Shown here: positions 1-11,100 of the stretch, one piece after another
Layout: the number at the start of each line of letters is the position of its first letter
How positions within the stretch are numbered: the first letter of the stretch is position 1
From: Bilabrum cf. latius
Taxonomy: Eukaryota
Reading direction: 5' to 3'
Length of the DNA stretch: 20,000 bases
Assembly: GCA_965178125.1 (NCBI GenBank)
Contig: OZ237766.1
Coordinates: forward strand, 789,628 to 809,627
The notes under the pieces: model-generated
What the model was told of the DNA's origin: nothing
Database searches by the model: none
The model's input: only the letters and a program-made list of their open reading frames with translations
Position numbers and translations under genes: made by a program

Positions 1-279
1 TCGGAGGATGCGCACTTCCTGCACTACAGCTACAAGTGCTGGCGCGAGATTTTCCTCCAAAAGTTCATGGGAAGGAACGGCGTCCTGGACTGGAAGTACG
101 ACCCATCTAAAGTATCACCAGACAAGCCGATTCAATCGTACGTGGATGGAGGGAGGGCAGCCACCGTCAGAGACACGTCCTTTCGAGACGCGAAGAAGTT
201 GGTTTAGGCTGGCTCAGTCCCCGTGCAGTTGGTCCTGCCACCGTTTTCTACGGAGCCTGTTGCAATGACGTGTACATGA
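1..279 (+). CDS. 3' end of a probable glycosyltransferase (GT92/GT2-like C-terminus), truncated by the window edge; one in-frame TAG
   Basis: Frame 1 reads SEDAHFLHYSYKCWREIFLQKFMGRNG...FRDAKKLV(TAG 205-207)AGSVPVQLV...MTCT-TGA(277-279). The 'HY..K....F..K..GR' pattern resembles the C-terminus of GT92/Glyco_tranf_2_4-type enzymes. The family call is weak. Confidence 0.5.
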
Positions 280-380
280 AACGTATCAGCTGGTAGGATG
301 CATACAGGCCTAATGAATGACGATGATCAATCCGCGGCGCCAGTAGTGGCAATGCCAGTCACGGTGCCACCAGTGGTTAC

Positions 381-497
381 GGCAGTGGACCCAGTGCTAC
401 TGCAGTGCCAGACCTGCTCTGATCGAGCGGTGATCAAGGCAAGGCACCGGGCCTCTGGACAGTGGGGCTGGACGATTTGCCTTTGCTTCAGCTGAGT
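381..497. repeat. Short copy of a dispersed repeat (possible non-autonomous or internally deleted element)
   Basis: 381-424 matches 13740-13783 (42/44 nt) and 456-497 matches 14638-14679 (40/42 nt), in the same order and orientation. Confidence 0.85.
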
Positions 498-564
498 GTA
501 CAGTGGGCCCAAGAATACATCCAAAGGCAATCTCAATCCATTCACGACAAGTTGTAAGCCCAAG

Positions 565-1694
565 TTATGCGCCATGGTCCTGCCTCACCGCCACCGCATC
601 CACCCGAATGTCGCTCCAATAGGTCCAGAATCGCAGCGAAAACCCGCTGTCTTCCAGCCATTGGGCGAGAACAGAAGGCCACACCATCTCATCCACAGGC
701 TATGCCATGGCCCGCCCTTCGTTCCAGATACGCAGCTAGGTCTCCGCTGCGGGTATGGAGAAGAAAACACGGGAGCCTATCTTGGTATGCTTGCGAAGGA
801 CCGCAAACATGTCCTTGTACAGCTCCTTCGGGATGTGCTCGAAGGAGTCCACCATGGTGATCACGTTGAAGGTACGCCCCAAGTCAAGCGTCGTCGCGTC
901 GTGCTGGACGAACTGGATGCCCGGGCTGTGCTCCCTGGCAGCAGCTAGCAAGCCCTGCGACAAGTCAGACCCGACCAAGTCCTTCACGTGCAGCTCATCT
1001 CGAATGAAGCGCGTCGTAAGACCGTTACCACAACCTAGATCAAGCACGCTCTCTGTGGACTTGATACGCACCACGTCCCTAAGCGCCTTATGGTATGCTG
1101 CAAACGCGCCGGCAGCTTGCCAGGCTCGTACCACTAGTTCATCCGTCTTTTCGCATTCATAGTGTAGAAGTCCCCAATTTTATCCATGTCCTTGGACTTT
1201 GTGTCGTGCTCATACAAGTTTGCACGGCCCAGCTTGCTCCATTCGCTGCTTGGTAGCGACTGAGTGGCAGAGGTTTTAGCTTGAAGGGCTCTGTGTTGAA
1301 GATCAGATCATTGTCTTTCTCGGAGCCTGCAGATTTGGCTGAAGTGCCTTTGGCATCACACTTCTCCGGAGAAGGACACACGGGCCAAGCATCTGCACGA
1401 GCAGTGGCGTACTAACACACGCACGGCGCACAAGATGGAGATTGCTCCTGTTCGCCAGACCGAAGTAAAACGGCTTGCCGCTACTGCGCACGCGAGTATG
1501 ACTCATGCCGGTACGAATGAGTGTGCACTCTAGAACCACATGATTAAATATCGGCTGTCCTTCGAAGCCTCTGGCCTTTCCGACGGTTCAGGCCCATCTC
1601 CCATCAGGTTACAAGCCACAAATCCGAAGACTACACCTACAGTGCCAGTGATGATGAGGTGAAGTATAGAAAAGCGGTGGTTATTGCTCCGCAT
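565..1694 (-). CDS. Class I SAM-dependent methyltransferase with N-terminal signal anchor; frame-disrupted (indel and/or intron, possibly a pseudogene)
   Basis: Core motifs VLDLGCGNG, LVGSDLS, FVQHDA, FNVITMVDSFEHIP. The frame reads through TAG at 736-738 and 700-702 (ET*LRIWNEGRAMA*PVDEMVW...FWTYWSDIRVDAVAVRQDHGA) to TAA at 565-567. ATG at 1694 gives MRSNNHRFSILHLIITGTVGVVFGFVAC (TM). Joining the parts needs a frameshift near 1100 and bypass of TGAs at 1503-1505 and 1308-1310. Confidence 0.7.
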
Positions 1695-2145
1695 GGATTC
1701 TATGGCGTATTCTTAGGCTGTGGGAGGCAACCGTTCGGCGCCGGGTTCCGGCGGCGGTTTTAGTCTTCAAGAAGTTCTTCTTGAAAGTTCAACACGCTAC
1801 AAAGGACCTTTGCAAACCCCCCGCCCTAATCAGTCATTTCGCGCACGTTTCGCAGGCCTGGTGTCAGCACTCTATTGAGAAACCTTAACCACTGCATGCT
1901 CCGCGTTCACGACATTCCTGAAGTTCGCGGGACTAAGTGAAATTGACGGCATCACACCATCCTCCGGCGGCGGTCGCAACCGGGAGATGCGACCACTGGC
2001 AAGTTGGTCGCACCAAGACAACGGATTGCAGTGCTGTATCCAGGAGAGAGGCGAAGATCGGGTGATTTCTTTGTGGCATCGCTCGCAATCCATTTGATAT
2101 ATTGCCCCTTTATCGTGGGGACGATCGACCTGCGAGGCACGAAGG

Positions 2146-4056
2146 ATGAAAGTCAGGCAAGCCCGTTCAAGACATGGACCTCCCAAACAATACTTGTCAA
2201 TGAAGGCATGGTACCTGGTGCTAGTGACAGTGGGAGTGTGCATCGCAATTTTTGTGGCAATTGTATAGGTTGCTCCTCCTGGTAGCTCTTGGACTCAATG
2301 TAGTGGAGCAAATTGTAGTCCCACCACGCAGGATTTGGCAGATAAAGACTCAATTATAAGCGCGTCAGAGCCTTCGAAAGCACATATCCTGATGTCGTTT
2401 GATGGCCCTGATGTAGCTGGCTTCCCAGTGGCCGCAAGATCGATCTTGATGGCCACGGCAGACCCCGCGCTGGTTCATTTCCACCTGGTCACGCCGCAGG
2501 CATCTGCCGCCAAGGTGCGTTAGGCTTGCACGTCTTGTCTTGACGGCATCGGCGGAATCGATTCATCAGGCGCAGCAGCATGCAGCACTGGGTAGCCGCA
2601 CCAAGGGGTGTTTTGCTGCGAAGACCAAGTACACTTCCTCCGCGGCGTGGACACAAGTACGACCACGGCTGTGGGTATCGCGGCCAAGCGGGTCTCCTCC
2701 CCTTTCAATGCGGCCCGGTTCGCAGGGATGGATGCAATGGTGGATGTGGCAGACCGTTTTGTGTACATGGACCCCGACATCGCAGTCGCAGGTGATGTGC
2801 AGGAGCTGGTGCACATGGACCTGGGGGGTTAGGCCGCCGCCCTTGCACGGATCCTGCACGTCAAGGGCGAGCAGAAGCAATCCATGTGCTCGGTAAAGGT
2901 GGGAGTGGACTGTAACGGACCTGGCGTGAGAGAGCGTTTGCTGGGGCTGGGAGTGGATACCAAGAAGCTGTCCAAAGAATGGGTGGGTAACGCTGGGATC
3001 GTGGTGATCGATGGAGCCAAATGGGGGCAGCAGCGGCTCGGCGACGCCTCCCGCGAGTGGATGGCCAGGAATGAAGGGGGCAAGATGTGGTAGCTGGGCA
3101 CGCAGCCGCCCACAAACCTGGCACTCCTAGGAAACAGGGCGGAGATAGATCCTCGTTGGAACACGCCTTGGATACGGCTTGGTCGCACGTCAGAAGGGGA
3201 TGAGGCCCCACTGCTGATGCATTTCCCCGGAGAAGAGTATAAGGCATGGCGGACTAGCCCAAAGAACATGGCCAAAGTCATCAAGGGGCACTGGGCCGCC
3301 CAGCGTTACTACGACCTTAGCGTCCTGTACCACCGCGCGTGTTTCGTGGGGGTGGGCAGCGAGCCGGCACCAGAGGCAGGGGAGGGCACCCGGCGATGGG
3401 GCTGGGATGCAAAGACAGGGATACGGGTACCACCACGGGAAGCTGGGGTGCTCTCACGGAGCGCAGACCCGTTCCGCTTTCGCCGCGAGCCCGCTGTGCT
3501 TGTGGTGGTTGCTCTGGATGGGGAGGAGCGGGAAGTGGCAAATCTGATTGTGGGGGCCGAGAAGAGCCTGGCCTCGCCCTGGCCCTGGACCGCGCTGCAG
3601 GTGTTTGTGGCCGCGACGAGTGAAAAGGTGGTCAATGTGGTACGAAGGAAAGCTGATTGCATCCCGGGAGGCACGGGCGAGGGCGAAGAGTTATCGATGG
3701 AGACGTGCAGGTCCATTCGTGGAGTTGTCATGGGCACCCCGATGCAGCATGGCGACCATGGGGGTGGGCTATAGATAACCGGTGCATCGGTTGTGTGTCG
3801 CGATGGTGGCGAGTGGGACCCGTAGGGGGCTAGACCGCTAAGGGCTGGCATTTGGCGGGAGACCCAAGGGGCCTACATGCGCGGAGGTGCACCAGACAGG
3901 CTGGGCGATCGGTTTGGAGCAGTCGAAGGTGCCCTTGGAGAGCTGCCCAGCTATGTGACGAGGGCCATCGTGGTGCCGTGGCCAGGTGGCGGGACCGTGG
4001 TGGGTGACGCGTGGGAGGCACTGCATGGGCCTGGCTCGTGCTACCAAGCAGGCTAA
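2146..4056 (+). CDS. Glycosyltransferase family 8 (GAUT/GATL-like) type II membrane protein, 636 aa with TAG read as sense
   Basis: One frame from ATG 2146 (MKVRQARSRH...WYLVLVTVGVCIAIFVAIV TM) through TAGs at 2266, 2521, 2593, 2830, 3091, 3772 and 3823 to TAA 4054-4056. Motifs FVYMDPDIAVAGDVQEL (DxD), GNAGIVVID, LGTQPP, MHFPG...KAW. Collinear with the paralogue at 14941-16884. Confidence 0.9.
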
Positions 4057-4282
4057 GCTCATGTAGCCCACCGTTTGGTTGGGTTGCGGTTCAACAGGGG
4101 CTCCATGTACGTGCAATGGCCACAAGTGATCTACCCCGTTACAGTACACTACAGTCCGAGGGTTCGTAGCAAGTCACCTTCTCTGTATCTCCCCACAGCT
4201 GGTACAGGCTGGTTGTACCACTCCTTTACCGTGTGCATCTGGAGTAGAACAAGCTGCTCCGTGGTGATGACCTACGCGCTGG

Positions 4283-6658
4283 TCAGTGGCGTTTCTTGTG
4301 CAACCGCTTGAGCTGCTCCGTGGTGATGGCCTCCGGGTCATGCTTGGTCAGCGGCTGCATCGCCTGCGTCACCTGCTCCTGGGTGAGCACCGTCCCGGCA
4401 GGTACCCCGAGTCCAGAGTCCCAACCGTCCGGTACTACTGGCTGCGGCAGGTGGTGCGCCACGATGCGGCCTCCGATGGCCTCGAGCGCCATCGGCTCCA
4501 CTGGGGCATGCGCACCCCTCGGTGTGTACGTCATCTCCCCCACATATACCTTGCCGTTCACCTCGAACAGATCCACGCGCACAAACGGGAAGGGCTCCGA
4601 GAGCTGCTGGGCGATGCGCACCATCTCTGCCAGCTTGGATGGGGGTTGAGAAGCTTCCTTTGCTGGGTACGGGTACTCGAACTCAACCACGTCTGGCAAG
4701 AAGGTCCAGTCGGGCAAGTAGAACCCCCGCTTATTCTTGCCTTGCTCGAAGCGCCCGTCCACTTCTTGCACGTAGATCACGCTGCCTCGGGAGCAGAAGA
4801 ACTTGTAGTCTGCTGGGATGGCGCCCCCTTCGTACAGCCGCTCCAGGATCATCGACCGCCGCACATGGTCATACTGTTTCTCGCGGCCGTTGCCCTGGCG
4901 TCGTTTTGTCACCTTAGATAGGACACGGTCGAATATTTCGCCGGAAAGCCCCTGCCCCTTGCAGCCCGGCAAGCCAAGCTCTTTAGCCACGTTTATGAAG
5001 TAGCCTTGGCAGATGATCATCTTGCCATCACGCAGGATGGCATTGACGCCAGCCAAGTTGCTGGCCTTGAACGCAAAATCAGACAGCCCGTCCACCGGAG
5101 GCCGGAAATTCGCAGCCACCTCTGGAAATACCACGCCCAGTGTATCCACAGAATGCCCTTCCCCAATCGCTAGGCGTGCAAAGTGCTTCACAGATGCCTT
5201 GTCTGTGAAGGGGGCATAGTTGGTTTGTCCCTAAGACGCTCCCATTCGCACGGTGAGGTCGGTCAAGCGGATGCCATCTGCCCTGGGAGGCTCCCTCGGG
5301 TTGCTGCGCACCTCCCCAACAGGCACAGATGGACGAATGGGCCCTGGATGGAACCAGTCTCTGAAATAGCGGTAGTACCACACGTACTGCAGTCGCTCAT
5401 ACTCCACGGACTCCATCCCGGGCCTAGCCACATACCTGCACTCCAGCAGGCGCAGCGTCTCCTGCTTCACCGTCAGAGGGTTCGGGTCACCGCCAGGAGG
5501 ACATACAGCCAACTCGACCCCAGCACTAGATGGTGCACGCTGCCCCGGCACCGGCAGTCCCTCCCACGGCTTGATCCTGTCCACTAGCCGCAGCAGCACG
5601 GGCGGTGAGGGAGCCATGGAGCTTCCTTGCCTGACTGAGGCCGGACAACCAGGAGAGGAGATTCGCAGGGCACCCTGGCCTGCCTCTGCTTCCCGCAACA
5701 GGCCCACTGAGACTGAGTCCATGGGTTGCACAATGATACTGGAGGGGAAGAATTCGGTAACAGATCCCTGGGTCTAGGTCAGGGCATCCCTTTGCCCCCC
5801 TTCATTCAGAGGGCACCTCCAATCTGACCCTGCCAGTCTCCACCGCTATCCATGCACGAGCAAGACCTCAGCACTAGCCGCGCCAGCACCAACTGGCATG
5901 GATGAACCCCTTACTCTCGATGACATCCCGCCCCCGGAAAGCACAACTGGCCTGGTGGTCCCGTAGCCGTCTTCATCCTCGAAACCCTACATGAGCTGCA
6001 TTGGATCCCGTGACGCTATCAGATGGGGATCCGGCAGCACCAGCACTGCCCCCGGTGCCGGCTGCTGCTCCTCTTCCTATCCGGTGGCAGGCAGAGAGGC
6101 GCACGAGGCCAGGGACACGAGCACACGGCGGTCAGCAGCCGAGCGGGTGTCGTCCTCCCACCGAGCTGGGGCGCGAGAAGCGGCGGACCGAGTCGTGGAC
6201 TGCTTCCCCTCCTTCCTAGTCTGCTGGTCCGCCACTCGAATGATGGAGTCGCAGGTACCGGTGGGCAGGTAGCACGGGCACGAGCCCTGAATCTCGGTCC
6301 AGGCAAGGTCGTCTGCCAGCACGGCAAAGCGGATGTCAGAGCTACGCGAAGCTCTCTCATACAAGGACCGTGCACCGATCAGGAAGCTAGGTGTGTTCGC
6401 ATAATCAACAGGGGCAGCAACCAGAAGGGTCAAAGCCGTCTGGTCAGCCTGTGCTCGTCTGAGCGTAGGCTATGATCTCCCCAGTATCGCCCATCCTGCA
6501 GCCACACAGACAATAGCAATCAAAACGCTATTTGTGTAACGACTAGCCACGACGCTGCAGCAAGAAGTGTACACCTGCGTGGCCGTGGATCCAACAACTC
6601 GTCGCAGTGATTGCTGTTTCTCCTTGCCTTCTCTAGAACCAGTGTGTCGACGTTGCAT
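4283..6658 (-). CDS. Fusion of signal anchor + degenerate GT8-like domain + TupA-like ATP-grasp, 791 aa with TAG read as sense
   Basis: ORFs 6470..6658, 6077..6433, 5231..5731 and 4283..5191 share one frame, joined only through TAGs (6470, 6077, 5987, 5846, 5774, 5231), ending at TGA 4283-4285. TupA-type motifs FTDKASVKHF, FAFKASNLAG, MILERL, DYKFFC, FPFVRVDLF, YVGEMTYTP. The N-terminal half resembles the neighbouring GT8s (FLIGARSLY, VLPDPHLIASRD, LLVHG*RW). Confidence 0.85.
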
Positions 6659-8168
6659 GCTCCAGCTGATGTGCGAGGAGCCTCGTGGAACAGTTTGTAT
6701 ACTCTCTGGTGCTGGATGCTAGCGCACTACTAGGACTCCCCAGGGTGCAACCGGTAGCACGCTCTAAAAGTCTGCTAGTGGTAATAACAGAAGAGACTTA
6801 AAATTTGCTAGACATCTGGCCAAAAGAGGAGCTGAATCGAACATTACGTTAAGACACGCGCGCCAGCATGAGATATGCAATGCAACTTCGGGGCGCAGTC
6901 TCGAGCCCAAACGGAAAGTACAACTCAGGCATATGCAAACCATTTAAATGGCCCGTCTTACCTTTGTAGGGCTAGCGTCTACTTGAGTTTCCGAAAGGGT
7001 CGAATAGTGCGTTGGGAACCCAAAATCACCCACAAAAGGTAAGGTAACGTGCACTTTCCCCCGTCGGCCCGTCGGCCGAGTCCGGTCGCATAGGAAGGAT
7101 GTGGTCGCACTGGGTTGCCAATGTAGTCGTCCAAAATGTGGCATCAGCTGGACAGTTGCTGAAGGCTGGTCCTAACGATAAGGTTGCAGTTCGACAACAG
7201 GGGGAACATGAGACGCAGGCCACCAACGAGCTGGGACGAGGTGGCAGCGGGCAGCGGACAGGCCAATGAGTAGGGGAGGTGATGGAATTTGCAGTCAGGT
7301 GGGGAGGTCTGATGTGCCCAGAGATGATCACGAAGGCAGGCTGCTGCTGGAAGTGTAGCGCTGAGAATGATTTGGGGGGAGGGAGGGAAGTGTGGCAGAG
7401 ACGAGTCAGCACCGTGCTCTGCACATAAGCTTAGCGTGTCTGTTAATTGAGAAGCGTGTTATATGGTTGGCAGCGAACGGATTCCCGCACAGTCGATCCG
7501 GAGTCCGGACGGGAGGCATGAAGAGGTGGAGTGAGACGGGCCTCCGCATTTCTCTACTTTATTGGAACCATCGCAACTGACGGCGATCGGGCCCGGATCT
7601 GACCATGTGTAGGCAGGAGTAACAAAGTCAATTGTATCAGAGTTCATCGCAGTTGTGCCAGCCACACCAACCCAAACCACTGGTGGATTGGCCATTGCAG
7701 GGCATTGCCACTTTCACGCATGAGCACCTTGCTTCAGGCTACCACCCACTGGAGTAGTACCAGTGCCACTAGCACGACATAGCAGTGTTTACCATACAGC
7801 GTAGGTGCCGTGCAAGAAGTATATTTCAGCCGCTCTTGCGTATTGCACGGTAGAAGCTGGTGCTATTCGCAATTTGAAGTTGAGCATAATACATGTCAGT
7901 GAGGAGCCGAAAGACCCACATGCCGGAAAATCATGTATTAGCTGTAAGCTACGGTACACAATGCGAATTCAATGCCCGCCTTCTGTTTCAGGAGTGTCTC
8001 CAACTATAAGTTTGCAGGTAGCGTCAGTTGGTCCCTGTCACTTGTTGCCCCCGATTCACCCAAAGGTTCTTTTTCCCGATTATTATTTAGTTTTAATGTT
8101 AGCAGGTACTTCATTGGTGTGGGGTGACTTGCAGGTCGCTTGGTCATCGTTTTGCCCAGAGACAACTG

Positions 8169-11100
8169 ATGGCAGCCATGCTATTCGCCGGAGCTGTTCT
8201 AGTCTTGGTGGCGCTCTTCGCGAGCAATGTAGTTCTGCCGTCTGTAGCTAATCGAGTTAAGCTAAGTCCTCCTGGCGCTACGCGAGGCCAACAGCCAGCT
8301 GTCCGTGTCGCTGTGCCGGGCGAAGCCCCGAGCACAGGAATAGGCCGGGGGTGCCCCGCCGAAGAGCAATCGCACGTGCTCTTCTCGTTTGATGAGCTGG
8401 ACTTGCCGGGCTTTTTCATCGCCACTTCCTCTGTGTTTGCCAACACCAAGCGGCCGGAGTGCATCAGGGTGCATGTGCTGTGCCCCTCGTAGGCCGAGGC
8501 AGACATCCGGGCCTCGTGCGCCTGCTCCATGCCTCCCTAGGCCTGCGCCTCCCTGCACTTTGTGCGCACGCGGCCCTTGACCAAAACAGTCACTGGCTCC
8601 AACACCCGCGGCAAGCACCTGGACTCCCCGTACAACCTGGGTCGGCTGGAGGCTTTCGACGCACTGGCCCCTTCTGTGGGCAGGATCGCCTACCTGGACT
8701 CTGATGTACTCGTGCTGGGGGATGTGCGGGAGCTCGTGCAATTTGATCTGCAAGGTACCGCGACTGCCTTCGCCTGGGAGCAGGACAGGTCTATGTGCAA
8801 CCCATGGGGGGTCAAGTGCGGTCACCCCGCTCTGAAGCAGGCAGGCCTTACGAAACAGTTGCTGCAGCGCAAGATGGTGGGCAATGCAGGGATCATGGTG
8901 GTGGATCTACAAGAGTGGAGGAAGCAAGATCTGAGCAGACGGGCCCGGCTCTGGTCTCACCTGAACCGCGACGGGGAGCTTTTTCTCCTCGGTTCGCAGC
9001 CGCCCATTATGCTGGCCACCATCAACAGCCGGGCTCAGCTGCCCACTGCCTGGAACCAGAAGAATGAGAAGAAAAACGACACGCAGCTCGTGCACTTTGC
9101 GGGCCCGGATAGGCCCTGGCGGGTGGATCGCCCCGGCCCGTACGCCGAGGCCAAGGCATTCCTGCGATGCCGCATGGGCTACAAAGAGGCCTCCACCTCG
9201 CGTGACCGCAATATGGTGGCTTATTCGAGGTATATGGCGGAGTACGGCGTCAGGACGGAGGGTGAGGCGCTGCCGCAGACCGTCAAAGACGTTCCTCTGC
9301 GTGACCTGCTAGCCTGGCGTGCAAGGCAGCCAGTGGCACAGCGGCTGGGCGTGTTTATAGACAGGGCAGCCCAGAAGCACTACGTCAGGACGGTGCTGGG
9401 GCAAGAGGGGTACTCAACGGAGACGCTCGCTGTGCTTGAGGCAGGACCACAAGGGGATGTAGGCGCGCTGGACAGGGACCTGCTGCCCCGAGGGCTTCTG
9501 GCGAGCTCGTCCTCCTCCACGGTGAGGGGCGGTGGCGGACTAGGTGCCTCGCCGGGGTCTATGCATCTCATCGTGCGGCCGCTGCACATGCCTGATCTGG
9601 TGATACACGTGACGGATGGCGCCGTGGATTCATCCCCCTGGAAGAAGGATGTGGGCCAGGCTGTGACGGAAGGACTGATCCGTAAGTGGCTGGGCGTGGT
9701 GACCCAGCGGTGCCATCGCTGCGAGACAGAGCTACAGAACGCGGGTGTGACGAGGGGGCTGATTGTGGAGAGGGAAGAAGAGTCGCTCGAGGGGCAAGAG
9801 GGGGTGCGCCTGCTGCATGACGGCCTCAAGATCTGGTGCACGAGGGGGGTGCCCATGCTGGTGGAAGTCGAGACGCGTGGAGGGGGCGGCAAAGGGCGCC
9901 GCAGATCGTTCTACACCCCCGGATGGGACCCCCTCCGAGTCAGCAAAAAATACCCGATGGATCCAGCGGCCAGCTCTCGCTAGGCCCCTCTGTTGCTACC
10001 AGAGGCCCTTCGGGTGGCTGCCGAGCTGAGCAAGCCCTTCTCCTTCGTTCGGGTGGATCTGGGCTCGATAGACAACCGCATCGTGGTGCAGCGGTTCTCT
10101 TTCGTGCCAGACGGGGTGGACGGCCCCACCTTTGAGCCCCCTGCCTTTGGATACGCTCTATCTCGGCTCGTGCAAGCCCCCCCTTCGCATGCTGCTGCCA
10201 AAGCCGCCATGCTGCCCTTTGTCAAACAGCAGGAGTGCAGCAAGACCTTGGTGACGGGCGCGGCCGGATTCATCGGGAGCCACTTGTCCAAGGAGCTGCT
10301 GGACAGTGGGCGCCCCGTGGTGGGGATCGACTCGTGGAATGCGCTGGACGAGGAGCACAGCGCGCTGATGGACGCTCGGGTGGCGGGGCTGGAGAAGGAC
10401 AAGGGCTTCCACCTCGTGCGATCAAGCACCTGCAACGTGCATGCCATGGTGGCTCTGCTCAGGGAACACAGGGTCTGCGACATCGTGCACCTCGCAGCGC
10501 AGCCGGGGGTGAGGCGGTCCACTCGCAGGCCCATGGAGACGGTAGAACTCAACGTGGGCTGCTTCGCCAGCATCCTCGAGGCTGTAGCTCGGTTCAACTC
10601 CACCATCCGGGTCGTGTACGCCTCCAGCTCCTCCGTGTACGGGGCCAATGCGGTGTCCCCCTTCGTGGAGACGGCATACCCCGTACCAGCCAGCATATAC
10701 GCCGCTTCCAAAGTGGCGGACGAGGCGTTGGCGCAGTCGTACCGTAACGTGCACAAGCTGAACCTGCTGGGCTTGCGGTTCTTCACCGTGTACGGGCCCC
10801 GGGGCAGGACGGACATGGCTGCGTACATGTGGGCGCGGGCCATCGAGGCGGGTGAGTCCATCAAGGTGTTCCAGACTCCTTCGGGGGTGGAGATGGCCAG
10901 AGATTTCACGTACGTAGGAGACATTGTGAGAGGTATCCACGGGGTGCTGCCTCGACGGGACGTGACGGGCGTGCTCAACATCGGTAAGGGCAGTCCAGAC
11001 AAGGTGTCAGACCTGATCGGCGAGCTGGAGGTGTGCTTCGGCAAGAAGGCCGTGCTGGACAAGGTGCCGCAGCCGCCGGGCGACGTACCGATCACCTACG

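Noticed and set aside
4057-4311. Extension of the first GT8 gene through TAA
   Set aside because: There is no counterpart in the paralogue, and it would overlap the convergent gene end at 4283.
6660-7900. Possible ncRNA or suppressor tRNA in the long intergenic regions (also 11250-11700 and 16900-17690)
   Set aside because: No cloverleaf, T-loop consensus or known RNA motif could be recognised by eye. An Infernal or tRNAscan-SE search would be needed.
9980-11095. 371-aa minus-strand ORF and similar long antisense or alternate-frame ORFs (e.g. 4286..4921, 11676..12245, 15149..15751)
   Set aside because: These are shadows of GC-rich coding sequence on the opposite strand or in another frame, with no recognisable motifs.
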